Assembly (NCBI GenBank): GCA_964405655.1
Contig: CAYOOO010000004.1
Location: forward strand, 9,013-73,012
Reading direction: 5' to 3'
DNA from: an uncultured Gammaproteobacteria bacterium
Lineage (GTDB): Bacteria > Patescibacteriota > Microgenomatia > Daviesbacterales > UBA10151
DNA: 64,000 bases
Of the stretch, positions 46,604 through 56,137 are shown piece by piece (position 1 is the stretch's first letter; every line of letters begins with the position of its first letter). The position numbers were made by a program, and so were the translations under genes. A model generated the notes under the pieces. It made no database searches, was not told the DNA's origin, and worked only from the letters and a program-made list of their open reading frames with translations.

Positions 46604-48166
46604 TTAACTGCCCTTTTTAGAAAAAATCTTATTTGATAAGTAATTTAGGGTGATGCTTCTAACCAAAACTAAATCTTTAATTATCTCTTTTTTCATGAAA
46701 ATATATATCAGTAGAGTGTATAAAAATAATCCAAATAGTAGAAAAGCTAACAAACTGATAAGGTTGTCTACTTTATATAAACTTTTCAAGACCAAGATGC
46801 TCAAACCAGTTAAAATAGACAGAATAAGTGGTGGAATAAAGATTCTCAAATAACTAAATGTAAAATATCTGTAAACTCTAGATAGAGTGACAAAAGTGCT
46901 TATGGATACGATCACCATTGCCAAATTAACACCCCAAAATCCAAATATCATCACCAGAGGAACTGTTAAAATCCATTGTAATATCGAGACAATCAAGTAG
47001 AAGTTACGATAATATTTAACTTCTCCCAGTGCTAAGAGTGTATTGACAACTAAAGCATTAATGGCTGTCAAACTGGTTTGGATAATGGCTAAATTTAAAG
47101 ATGTCAAACCATCTAACCAGCGTTGACCATAGATAAATCTTGTTACTTCAGAGGATAATACTAATACTAATGATGAAAGTCCAAACGTAGATATTAAAAT
47201 AATCTGCATAAATTTGCTAAATATCTTCTCTGCTAATTTAAGATTATGTTGCAACCTTGACATCAGAGGAAAAACTATTTGGTCAATAATAGATGCCAAG
47301 ATTGACGGAACTGCAGCTACTCCCCCAGCCCAGGTAATAAGTCCAACTGCTTCTGCTCCACTTAAGTGACCTGGTCCTGGAAATCGGCCAATAAAAACTG
47401 CGATAATTGCACCATTGAATAGTCCAACAATTGTGGTGAGTTGAAAAGAAAGTCCAAGTTTGAAAATTGACTTAAGCTTATTAAAATTAAAGCTAAATCC
47501 GAAAGGCCATGGGTAAAGAAGATAGTAAACTAATAATTGAACGATCTTGCTTAAAGTATAGGCATAGACAAAGCTCGCTGTTCCTAATCCCCAAATTGCA
47601 AATAGAATCGTTGAATACTGAGTGGTGAATAAACCTGTAACCTCACCAATAACACTTCTTCTGTATAGGAGGTGTCTCTCTAGTAGGTTGGGTGAGATAG
47701 AATTTAAATTGCCAATTATATTGGCAAAGACTAAAATCCTTAACCATCCTACTGCTTGCTTTTCTAACTCTCCCCCATAGAAAGATAAGATCAAAGGACT
47801 TAAACTCCAGATAAGCGCTCCAATAAGCAAAGCTAAGAATAAATGAATCCACCAAATGCTTCGCAGAAGAACCTTGTCAGGCTCTTCTTTCATTTGGATA
47901 ATTACTCTCCCTAACCCTAAATCTGCAAAAACCCAAAAAAAGGTTAAAGTAAATTGAATTATGGCAAACATTCCAAAATCTTGAGGAAAAAGTATTCTAA
48001 CTAGAATTAGGTTAGAAAGAGTTATTATTGCTTGATTAACAAATTTTTTAAAAACCAGCCAGCTAAGACTGGTTAGAATTAATTTTTTTACCTTCTTTTT
48101 AGAGTCAAAGTTCCAGATTAATACTAAATTATTCTCTTCTAATTGACCCTGAGAGTTATTTGCCAT
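46604..48166 (-). CDS. wzx: Wzx-type oligosaccharide flippase (MOP/PST family)
   Basis: LVRILFPQDFGMFA, DLGLGRVIIQ; 12-14 TM helices. Confidence 0.82.
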   Translation of the reverse strand: MANNSQGQLEENNLVLIWNFDSKKKVKKLILTSLSWLVFKKFVNQAIITLSNLILVRILFPQDFGMFAIIQFTLTFFWVFADLGLGRVIIQMKEEPDKVLLRSIWWIHLFLALLIGALIWSLSPLILSFYGGELEKQAVGWLRILVFANIIGNLNSISPNLLERHLLYRRSVIGEVTGLFTTQYSTILFAIWGLGTASFVYAYTLSKIVQLLVYYLLYPWPFGFSFNFNKLKSIFKLGLSFQLTTIVGLFNGAIIAVFIGRFPGPGHLSGAEAVGLITWAGGVAAVPSILASIIDQIVFPLMSRLQHNLKLAEKIFSKFMQIILISTFGLSSLVLVLSSEVTRFIYGQRWLDGLTSLNLAIIQTSLTAINALVVNTLLALGEVKYYRNFYLIVSILQWILTVPLVMIFGFWGVNLAMVIVSISTFVTLSRVYRYFTFSYLRIFIPPLILSILTGLSILVLKSLYKVDNLISLLAFLLFGLFLYTLLIYIFMKKEIIKDLVLVRSITLNYLSNKIFSKKGS

Positions 48167-48212
48167 ATCTTTTTCCTTTACAAACTAGTCTGTCTATGTA
48201 AAATTAGCTTAG

Positions 48213-48995
48213 ATGAATAGACCTAATAACATTCCATCAATTTCAGCTGTTATTATAACTAAAAACGAGCAAGAGGTAATTGAGGATTGTTTAAAAAGTA
48301 TTGCTTGGGTGGATGAAATCATTTTGGTTGATGACTTTAGCAGTGATGATACTGTCAAAATCGCCAAAAAATATACTAGAAATGTATTTCTCCACAAGCT
48401 TCAAACACTGGGAAAACAAAAACAATTTGCCTTAGATAAAGCCAGGGGTGATTGGATCATAATGCTTGATGCTGATGAGAGAATTGCTGAGAGTTTAAAA
48501 AAAGAGGTAATTGAGGCAGTTAGCAAGGGTAACTTTGATGCCTATAATGTTTATTTTCATCAATTTTTTTTAGGTCAACCTTTAGTTCCTACTCTTTCAG
48601 GAGGTCATCCCAGGATTTTTAAAAGGGGTCTTGGGAAAATCATTCCTGATGCAATCCACGAAAAGATAGTCATAAATGGGAGTATTGGCCAACTAAAAAC
48701 GCCCATTATCCATCTCTCCCACCGGAGCCTTTCTCAGCTAATCAGTAAGTTTAACCACTTTACAGATAAGGAGGCTAAAATTATGTTTGAACACGGTTCA
48801 AGAGTAGGTAAACTTACAATAATCAGTTCTTTAATTCATAATTTCTGGATCCGCCAAAAAGTCTACCAAGATTACAAATCAGGAATCAGAGGCCTGGTTT
48901 TGACGTCTCTTTTTTTAATTTATCATTTTCTAAAGTGGATCAAGATCTGGGAGTTACAAACTCTGGTAAAAGATGGAAAAAAGAGAAATCACTAA
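48213..48995 (+). CDS. GT2 glycosyltransferase (WaaE/LgtF-like)
   Basis: ISAVIITKNE, VDDFSSDDT, LDADE, IHE; TTTACA-16-TAAAAT promoter ends 8 nt upstream. Confidence 0.9.
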   Translation: MNRPNNIPSISAVIITKNEQEVIEDCLKSIAWVDEIILVDDFSSDDTVKIAKKYTRNVFLHKLQTLGKQKQFALDKARGDWIIMLDADERIAESLKKEVIEAVSKGNFDAYNVYFHQFFLGQPLVPTLSGGHPRIFKRGLGKIIPDAIHEKIVINGSIGQLKTPIIHLSHRSLSQLISKFNHFTDKEAKIMFEHGSRVGKLTIISSLIHNFWIRQKVYQDYKSGIRGLVLTSLFLIYHFLKWIKIWELQTLVKDGKKRNH

Positions 48996-49678
48996 GCGGT
49001 TTTTTGGCAAACAAATAAAAACTGGAAAGCTAACCCTTCAGGCCAAAGGCCAGAGATATGATATTCTAACTTTTTAAACCAATTAAATTCTCCTATAAGG
49101 GGATGAATCACCTTCATAAATAAAGGCAGTTGCGTAAAACCACCTGTATAATCGAACTTCACAACCTTTAGTCCTCCCTTCTTTATTAAATCCAGGGCTG
49201 TTTGTTTGGTGAAAAATCTGAGGTGAGTTTTGTCCATAATCCCCCAGTCAGTATACTCAAAGCGTCCCAGTAAATGGGATAACCTATTTGTCAGAAAAGC
49301 TATATTGGGAACAGAGATAATAATTTTTCCTCTCTTATCTAAGAGATTTGACAGATTAAGCAAAGTATCCTCTGGGTTTTTAAAATGTTCCAGGACATCT
49401 GCTAGCAGAATCCTGTTAAATCTTAGTTTTTTTATTTTTCTAAAAATAATTTTACTTTCTATATCGCCAACATAAACTTTCTGGCAGTATCTTAAGGCTT
49501 TTTTTGCTTCTGATGGATCGATTTCAACTGCAGTAACAATATTTCCTTTCTTTTGAAGCTTTTTAGATATGTAGCCGCTGGCGCAACCAACTTCGAGAAT
49601 TTTTTGGTTAGAGCCAATCTCAGCTAGAATTTTAGAGTGAATTCCATACTGGTCAGAGTTAAACCTATATTTACTCAT
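48992..49678 (-). CDS. Class I SAM-dependent methyltransferase
   Basis: ILEVGCASG, ADVLEH, SVPN, GIMDKTHLRFFT. Confidence 0.9.
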   Translation of the reverse strand: MSKYRFNSDQYGIHSKILAEIGSNQKILEVGCASGYISKKLQKKGNIVTAVEIDPSEAKKALRYCQKVYVGDIESKIIFRKIKKLRFNRILLADVLEHFKNPEDTLLNLSNLLDKRGKIIISVPNIAFLTNRLSHLLGRFEYTDWGIMDKTHLRFFTKQTALDLIKKGGLKVVKFDYTGGFTQLPLFMKVIHPLIGEFNWFKKLEYHISGLWPEGLAFQFLFVCQKTA

Positions 49679-49729
49679 GAATATTTTTCTTGAATTATGA
49701 ATTTAGATTTTGTTATATAGTTAATTTTA

Positions 49730-51103
49730 ATGGGAAACCGGACTGCTAAATTTTTGCGCATCCTCGGGCTTATTCTATCACTTGTTAGTATAGGGACTTT
49801 TATTTGGTTTTTTAATATAAGCAGAGCGACTAACCCAGAAATTAAACTACTCATTTTATCTTTAGGAATTATAATCAACTTTGCTACCATAATCTGTCTT
49901 CTAAAACTAAGTTTGCTTAAGCGTTTTCAATCGATTCTTTTTATTTACCTCTTCATAGTCACCTTTTATCTTATTGTTGAAACTCCATTATCATGGATTA
50001 GCTGGGTGGCTGGATGGGATAGTAGCTGCTGGCTTTTTGAGGATTCAGGTAAAACAATCAGATTCGATCCAATATTCGGTTACAGATTAGAAAAACAGCC
50101 TTCAAGATATGCCAGGATCACCAAACATTACTTAGAGTATGTCGGAATTCAAAAAGGAAATAACTTAGGTTTTCCGGATGATAGTCAATTTGAACCAAGA
50201 AAAGATCGGGTTGGCTTAAAAAGAATTGTCGTATTTGGTGACTCGTTTACTTCAGCCCAATATATTGCTGAAAATTGGCCTCAGCATAGTGAAATTTTAC
50301 TTCAAAACCAAGGATATCAGGTTGAGCTGATGAATTTTTCTCAGGAAGGTATTGGTCTTGCTAACTGGTGGAGAACATTAACTGAGGTTATAGAAAAAGA
50401 CAACTACGAAATCGACGGTATTATCTTTGCTGTTTTCAGAGGGGATCTAAAGAGAAAATTTGTTTTTGCCACCCATCAAAATAATCCTCATCCTTTATCA
50501 GGTCACTTAGATAGATGGCTACCAACCTACTACCCAGCTACTTTAGCAGAGGCAAAAAAGGCTATGAAACCTCTCAGCGAAGCAGTCATTGTCGATTCTA
50601 GTGTTTTTGATAAGGCAATTGGGACTACTCATTGTCCTTTTCAGGTTTCTCAAAAATTCAAACCTTATCTTATGGAAAAAGTGAATATTCAACTTGACCT
50701 AATGCTTCATAATTTTAATAAGGCCAGCGTCAATACTGTTAATAGTAATTTAAGCTACCAGGAAGCTTCAGATCGGCAGAGAATCATCGCCTCAATCAAA
50801 GACTTTCTTACCAAAAAAGGTCTGTCAAGTTTAGTTGTATATATACCTTCAAGAGAAGAAGAGACAAATAAGGCCAGCTCCTACTCGCCTGCTGAATTTG
50901 ACGATACTAAAAAATTTAGTCAAATTCTCGGCTCCTCATTTATAGATGGTAGGGAGCTTTATGCTAAAATGTCAAAAAAAGAGATTAAAAATAGCTTTTT
51001 CCCCTATGATGGTCACTGGAATCAGCTTGGATCAAACCATTTTGCAGATTACATAAGCAGACAGATACCTAATGTTTTCTCTTTAACCAAAGAGTCTAAA
51101 TAG
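49730..51103 (+). CDS. Membrane-anchored SGNH-hydrolase-like protein (AlgX/AlgJ-type)
   Basis: Three N-terminal TM helices; FGDSFT block I and DGHWN (DxH) block V. Confidence 0.8.
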   Translation: MGNRTAKFLRILGLILSLVSIGTFIWFFNISRATNPEIKLLILSLGIIINFATIICLLKLSLLKRFQSILFIYLFIVTFYLIVETPLSWISWVAGWDSSCWLFEDSGKTIRFDPIFGYRLEKQPSRYARITKHYLEYVGIQKGNNLGFPDDSQFEPRKDRVGLKRIVVFGDSFTSAQYIAENWPQHSEILLQNQGYQVELMNFSQEGIGLANWWRTLTEVIEKDNYEIDGIIFAVFRGDLKRKFVFATHQNNPHPLSGHLDRWLPTYYPATLAEAKKAMKPLSEAVIVDSSVFDKAIGTTHCPFQVSQKFKPYLMEKVNIQLDLMLHNFNKASVNTVNSNLSYQEASDRQRIIASIKDFLTKKGLSSLVVYIPSREEETNKASSYSPAEFDDTKKFSQILGSSFIDGRELYAKMSKKEIKNSFFPYDGHWNQLGSNHFADYISRQIPNVFSLTKESK

Positions 51104-51111
51104 AAAAGCTT

Positions 51112-51297
51112 ATGCTAAAAAACATTGGTCAAGTAGCGGGATTTTTATCTGGTATATTTTTTATGTCTACTGTTTGGTTTCTAATCTTAAGATTATCTGG
51201 ACGCATCCCTCAAGACTTTGGATACTTTCAAGTTTTGATAATTGTAATTTTGGTGGTAATCTCTGGATTAACTTTAACAAAATATCTAAATGGTTAA
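51112..51297 (+). CDS. Small 2-TM membrane protein
   Basis: 61-aa hydrophobic ORF overlapping the next gene by 8 nt. Confidence 0.6.
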   Translation: MLKNIGQVAGFLSGIFFMSTVWFLILRLSGRIPQDFGYFQVLIIVILVVISGLTLTKYLNG

Positions 51298-51541
51298 ACT
51301 AAAGCTTTTTTTTCAAGGATTTAAATTAGGATTATTAGAATTTAGTCAGTCATTAAATGTAATTTTAAATTCAGCTTTACTGTTTGTAGTTTATTTTGCA
51401 GTCATAGGTACAACAGCAATTATTGCTAAGATTTTGGGTAAACATTTCTTGCAGCTAAAATTCTCCAAAAAAACAAAAAGCTATTGGATTGATTTAGATT
51501 TGGATAAAAAACCTTTAGATCAATATCTCAAGCAATTTTAG
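51290..51541 (+). CDS. SxtJ-like membrane protein (C-terminal half-like)
   Basis: LLFVVYF...G.TAIIAKILGKHFL...KSYWI...YLKQF pattern; adjacent to a carbamoyltransferase. Confidence 0.7.
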   Translation: MVKLKLFFQGFKLGLLEFSQSLNVILNSALLFVVYFAVIGTTAIIAKILGKHFLQLKFSKKTKSYWIDLDLDKKPLDQYLKQF

Positions 51542-51549
51542 CATACTAA

Positions 51550-53307
51550 ATGTATATTTTAGGAATCTCCTGTTTTTATCACGACTCGTCAGCAGCTTTG
51601 CTTAAAGACAGTGTGATTATTGCTGCAGCAGCACAAGAGAGGTTCTCACGGATCAAACACGATACATCTTTTCCCACCGATGCTATCAATTTTTGTCTTA
51701 AGCAGGCTGGAATTACCATCGAGGAAATAAATTATATCGGTTTTTACGAGAAACCTCTTTTAAAATTAGAAAGAATACTATATCAACATCTCGAAATGTT
51801 TCCTCTGAGTTTAAAAACTTTTTTGTCATCTATGCCCTCTATTTTAAGCCAAAAATTGGCAGTAGTCAGTCTGATAAAAAAAAGGCTGGGATTTAAAAAA
51901 GCTGTCTTTTTTATTGAACATCATCTAGCTCATGCTGCCAGCTCATACCTACCCTCCTCTTTCAACAAAGCAGCTATAGTTACTTGTGATGGTGTGGGAG
52001 AATCGACAACCACCAGTTTTGGGATAGGGTCTGGAAATGACATTAAACTACTTAAACAAATAACCTTTCCTCACTCATTAGGTCTTTTGTATTCAACTAT
52101 TACTGCTTATTTAGGTTTTAGTGTCAATAATTCGGAATATAAGGTTATGGGACTTTCCGCTTATGGGGATAATAACTCAAAAACTAATAAATACTACAAA
52201 AAACTTAAACAAATAATTGATATAAAAAGTGATGGTAGTTACCACTTAGATATGGATTATTTGAATTATCACTTCAGTGACAAAATGCCTTCAAAAAAAC
52301 TTTGTCAATTGCTTGGCGGACCTGTTAGGAAGCCACTTGACCAAATAACTAACCGTCACCAAGATATTGCTGCAGCTGCCCAATTAATGCTTGAAGAGGT
52401 TTTAACAAAAATTTTCCAGTTTGTCCAAAAAACTACAGGTGAGGAGAATGTGGTTTTTGCAGGAGGAGTAGCATTAAATAGCGTCTTCAATAGCAAGATT
52501 CTGAGTAAAACCAAGTTTAAAAATATTTGGATTAGCCCTGATCCTGGAGACGGAGGAGGTAGCGTTGGAGTATGTTGTTATATCTACAATACCATTTTAG
52601 GCAAAAAAAGAATTACTCTTGATAGTGCTTATCTAGGCCCTAAATTTTCTTCAAAAGAGATAGAAAGATTTTTACTTAAAAACAAAATAGTGTTTAAAAA
52701 ATTTAGAAACAAAAAGCAGCTGATAGAAAGATGCGCAAGACTTATATTTGAAGATAAAATCCTTGGCTGGTTTCAGGGTCAGATGGAATGGGGCCCTAGA
52801 GCACTTGGAGCGAGGAGTATTTTATCAAATCCTTGTAATCCAAATATAAAAGAAATACTAAACACAAAAGTTAAGCATCGGGAAAAATTCAGACCATTTG
52901 CACCAGTTGTTTGTCAAGATGACACTAAGCTATACTTTGAAACTGGCTCAGATACTTCAAAGCTGAGCGATTTTATGTTGACGGTTTATCCGATTAAGAA
53001 AATTTGGCGCAAAAAAGTTCCAGGCGTAACCCATATTGATGGTAGTGGCAGGCTACAAACTATTAAAAGAGCTCAAAATCCCCTTTTTTATGACCTGATA
53101 AAAAGATTCGGTCAGCTTTCAGGGGTCTCTATGCTAATAAATACCTCATTTAATATTCGTGGTGAACCAATAGTTTGTACACCTTTGGATGCTTACAAAT
53201 GCTTGATGGGAACAGGGATTGATTATTTAATTATGGGTGAGTTTTTGGTAAAAAGAGATGATAACTCAAAAGATTTTTGGGATAGTGAAAAATATGCAAA
53301 GGACTAA
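51550..53307 (+). CDS. O-carbamoyltransferase (NodU/CmcH/TobZ family)
   Basis: ILGISCFYHDSSAAL, EHHLAHAAS, DGVGE, EYKVMGLSAYG, GGVALN, EWGPRALGARSIL, VKHREKFRPFAP, NTSFNIRGEPIV. Confidence 0.95.
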   Translation: MYILGISCFYHDSSAALLKDSVIIAAAAQERFSRIKHDTSFPTDAINFCLKQAGITIEEINYIGFYEKPLLKLERILYQHLEMFPLSLKTFLSSMPSILSQKLAVVSLIKKRLGFKKAVFFIEHHLAHAASSYLPSSFNKAAIVTCDGVGESTTTSFGIGSGNDIKLLKQITFPHSLGLLYSTITAYLGFSVNNSEYKVMGLSAYGDNNSKTNKYYKKLKQIIDIKSDGSYHLDMDYLNYHFSDKMPSKKLCQLLGGPVRKPLDQITNRHQDIAAAAQLMLEEVLTKIFQFVQKTTGEENVVFAGGVALNSVFNSKILSKTKFKNIWISPDPGDGGGSVGVCCYIYNTILGKKRITLDSAYLGPKFSSKEIERFLLKNKIVFKKFRNKKQLIERCARLIFEDKILGWFQGQMEWGPRALGARSILSNPCNPNIKEILNTKVKHREKFRPFAPVVCQDDTKLYFETGSDTSKLSDFMLTVYPIKKIWRKKVPGVTHIDGSGRLQTIKRAQNPLFYDLIKRFGQLSGVSMLINTSFNIRGEPIVCTPLDAYKCLMGTGIDYLIMGEFLVKRDDNSKDFWDSEKYAKD

Positions 53308-53464
53308 CAACAGACCAATTTTACTAGAAATCTTTGCTTTTCTAAGGGAAAGGAGGTCAGTGTGGCTTATTCCGGCAATTATCTTCTTAATATTAGCAGC
53401 TGTTCTTATTATAGTAGGATCTAGCACAGCTACAGTTTCTCCATTTCTTTATCCAATTTTCTAA
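53294..53464 (+). CDS. SxtK/DUF5989-like small membrane protein
   Basis: EIFAFLRERRSVWLIP...SPFLYPIF pattern; ATG 53294 overlaps the end of the carbamoyltransferase gene. Confidence 0.75.
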   Translation: MQRTNNRPILLEIFAFLRERRSVWLIPAIIFLILAAVLIIVGSSTATVSPFLYPIF

Positions 53465-53523
53465 ATCTTAAATAACAGATAGCGTATTATTAGATGCTTT
53501 GATATATTTTGATATTCAAAGTA

Positions 53524-55650
53524 TTATTTATTATGTAAGCTGTTCTGTTTTAATTTAGAAATAATCTTATTACCAAACAAAGGATATGAGAGGAAAAGAC
53601 CTAGGGTTAAAAAGCTTATTAAGTAGCCCAACCAAACCTGCCAGGTAGTTGAGTGCTTAAGAATAATGTCTATTTGGCCAAACTTTTTAGGTTCAAGAAG
53701 GATAAAACCTAACGGGTCCTTGGAAACCCTAGCTGAAACTTTATTGGCTTTATCATAAGCGCTCCAGCCTGAGTCAGCTGTCATCTGGACGAGGATCCCT
53801 TCCCTGTTATCAATCTTGCCTGTAATCTGGTAAGTGCTGTTGTTAATGACTTTAAAATCTAATTGATTTGGGCTGGAATTTTCCAGCCAATTAATATACC
53901 TTAAAATTCTTTCCTTATCGTCAGCCTTAACAGGAACCTTAATATTCTTAATTTGATCTAGATTGATTGATTTAGATAGGGATTCCTTTTTTAAGGGAAT
54001 CTGATAAATAATATCTGCACCCAGCTTGTCTTTGACAGGATAATTCTCAAAGCGTTCAAAGTTTTTAGTATCATGGTAAAGCTCAGTCGAGCCTGGAGTA
54101 GTTATAACAGCATATTTGGCATTGATTATTCTTAGCCAAGCATCAGCGATTTCTGGGCTTTTACCATTGGTTAACTGATAATAGATATGGTCTGGCCATC
54201 TATTAGTTGAGGCCTGATAAAGACCACCTCTTAACTGCCAGATATTACTAAACCAGTTTAAATAAAATCCATAGTTTCCAGATATAAAAACTCTCTCCCC
54301 TTTTGATAGGTCAACATCTTCTTTCAAGGCTTGGGCTACTTTAAATTCAGAAGTTTTTTCTAAATCAACCACTTCTGAGGCTGCTTGATTTGCGGTTTTA
54401 ACAAAGGGTTTGATATAAGTTGAAGAGAAGACTAAAAATACTATTACCAAAGCCCAAGTAAAAATATTAGCCATCTTCCATTTCCTCTCTAAAAGTCTAG
54501 AAATCATTCCTACAAATATACCAATCAAGAGGGCCATACTAAGATCAACCTCAGCGTTATACCTTAAAGCCTGAGGCAAAAGTTCTATTCTATAAGCAGA
54601 CTCATCTGGAGGAGCTGACAAGTAATAGGTTGCCACAACAGTAAACATCAGCAAAAACCAGACTAGGCTGGAGGCTAAACCAAAGTCTTTGATAAAGCGG
54701 CGGATTAGTATAAAAGCTATGAAAATAGCCACAAAGCCTGCTATCCATCCCCAAGGAAACGAAGAGATTAAGATATTACTTGTACCTCCACCTTCTCTAA
54801 AAAAGGTTGATAAAAAAGTTAAGTTATACCAAAAAGAGATTAGGCCTAAAGAAGCAACTCCGGCCAGAATAAAAAGTAGTAAGTTTTTGCTGCGGTTTGT
54901 ATCTGACTGACAAAATTTAACAAAAGCCATCGAAGCCATCAAAAGAATCGTGGCAAATAGACCAATCGCATTCGTTAGACCAACCAAACCAACAAAGATG
55001 GCTGTTAAAAACAGATTAACTCTTTTGGGCTTTTCTAAAAATCTGGCAAAAAAGAGTCCAGCTATTGGAATAAAAATTAGCGAAAACAGGTGAGGTCCTT
55101 CTCCCCATCGAACCAGAATAGTAAATCTTCTGGGATCCCAGAAATCTGCTGAAAACCTATCTTGAGCGACTTCTCCACTTTCTAGAATAAAGTAGAAGAT
55201 AGTTGGCAAGACTGAATATAAAACACCTGCTACTACTCCTCCAATTAGTCTTTTTGATAGCTGCCAAGCCAAAAAAAAGAGCGAAACTGGGCCAACAATA
55301 TAGGCAAAGCCAGTTAAGTTGCGGTAAGCCTCCCAAAGCTCGAAGCCCCAAAATTTATGCAGCATTGCCTCAAGAACTGGCAAAAGCGGCGTATAAAAAA
55401 CATGGAAAGGAAATCCTAGATACCAAAAAGGAGCCCAGGATGATCCACCAACTGGCAGACCAAAATCCACCAAAAATCTGCCCATTGAGACATAGGAAAC
55501 CTCGATTGAGCCTATATTAGCTGGTCCATTTTTTCCCAGCCAGCCTGAGATCATCTGGTAATTTAACCAATAGAGAAAAATCACAACTAAGATCGCAGAG
55601 ACAAAAGTTATGAGGACGCTTAAAACCTTCTTTTTAGAAAATTGTGGCAT
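53524..55650 (-). CDS. GT-C/YfhO-like (PF10131-type) membrane protein
   Basis: WAPFWYLGFPFHVFYTPL, WGEGPH, QLRGG; about 12 TM helices, extracytoplasmic domain and final TM. Confidence 0.78.
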   Translation of the reverse strand: MPQFSKKKVLSVLITFVSAILVVIFLYWLNYQMISGWLGKNGPANIGSIEVSYVSMGRFLVDFGLPVGGSSWAPFWYLGFPFHVFYTPLLPVLEAMLHKFWGFELWEAYRNLTGFAYIVGPVSLFFLAWQLSKRLIGGVVAGVLYSVLPTIFYFILESGEVAQDRFSADFWDPRRFTILVRWGEGPHLFSLIFIPIAGLFFARFLEKPKRVNLFLTAIFVGLVGLTNAIGLFATILLMASMAFVKFCQSDTNRSKNLLLFILAGVASLGLISFWYNLTFLSTFFREGGGTSNILISSFPWGWIAGFVAIFIAFILIRRFIKDFGLASSLVWFLLMFTVVATYYLSAPPDESAYRIELLPQALRYNAEVDLSMALLIGIFVGMISRLLERKWKMANIFTWALVIVFLVFSSTYIKPFVKTANQAASEVVDLEKTSEFKVAQALKEDVDLSKGERVFISGNYGFYLNWFSNIWQLRGGLYQASTNRWPDHIYYQLTNGKSPEIADAWLRIINAKYAVITTPGSTELYHDTKNFERFENYPVKDKLGADIIYQIPLKKESLSKSINLDQIKNIKVPVKADDKERILRYINWLENSSPNQLDFKVINNSTYQITGKIDNREGILVQMTADSGWSAYDKANKVSARVSKDPLGFILLEPKKFGQIDIILKHSTTWQVWLGYLISFLTLGLFLSYPLFGNKIISKLKQNSLHNK

Positions 55651-56100
55651 TCAGCTAAGTATCTTCTCATCAATCATAGCAAATAACATAAAAGAAATAA
55701 TCAGCGTAATCACCAACCCAAATGGGTCAAATAACCCAATATAGTTTCGCATTGGGACAAAAAAACTTTTAAAGACAAAAACGGATAGCAGCGTGGCTAT
55801 AAAGATTAGTAAGGCCAACAACACTTTTAAGAAAAAGTCAACCTTTTCTGAGTTGGTTTTTTTAAGAGCGTAACCCTGATTTATGAGATAGCTTTTGAGA
55901 ATCTGTCCCGCTGGTCCTTTTTCCTTAAGAAGATAGGAACAAGCAACGCACTTTTCAGTAGAAGTTAACTGATGCTCAATCTGTTTGACATGACTAGTAT
56001 CCTCAGACTTTAAAGCTTCAAACAGATCTATTAAATGGCTTTGACAGATATATAAACCCTTACCAGACGGGCTCTTCACTTCTTTTTCTTTTCTGCTCAT
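55651..56100 (-). CDS. Small 2-TM protein with CxxH/CxxC motifs
   Basis: ICQSH...CVAC in the N-terminal domain, then two TM helices; abuts the next gene. Confidence 0.65.
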   Translation of the reverse strand: MSRKEKEVKSPSGKGLYICQSHLIDLFEALKSEDTSHVKQIEHQLTSTEKCVACSYLLKEKGPAGQILKSYLINQGYALKKTNSEKVDFFLKVLLALLIFIATLLSVFVFKSFFVPMRNYIGLFDPFGLVITLIISFMLFAMIDEKILS

Positions 56101-56137
56101 AACGTTTTATGTAATTAAAAATTGGGAAGAACTAAAG

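Noticed and set aside
51112-53464. Saxitoxin biosynthesis (sxtI/J/K-like genes)
   Set aside because: No sxtA/sxtG or other core genes; this cassette also occurs in glycan loci.
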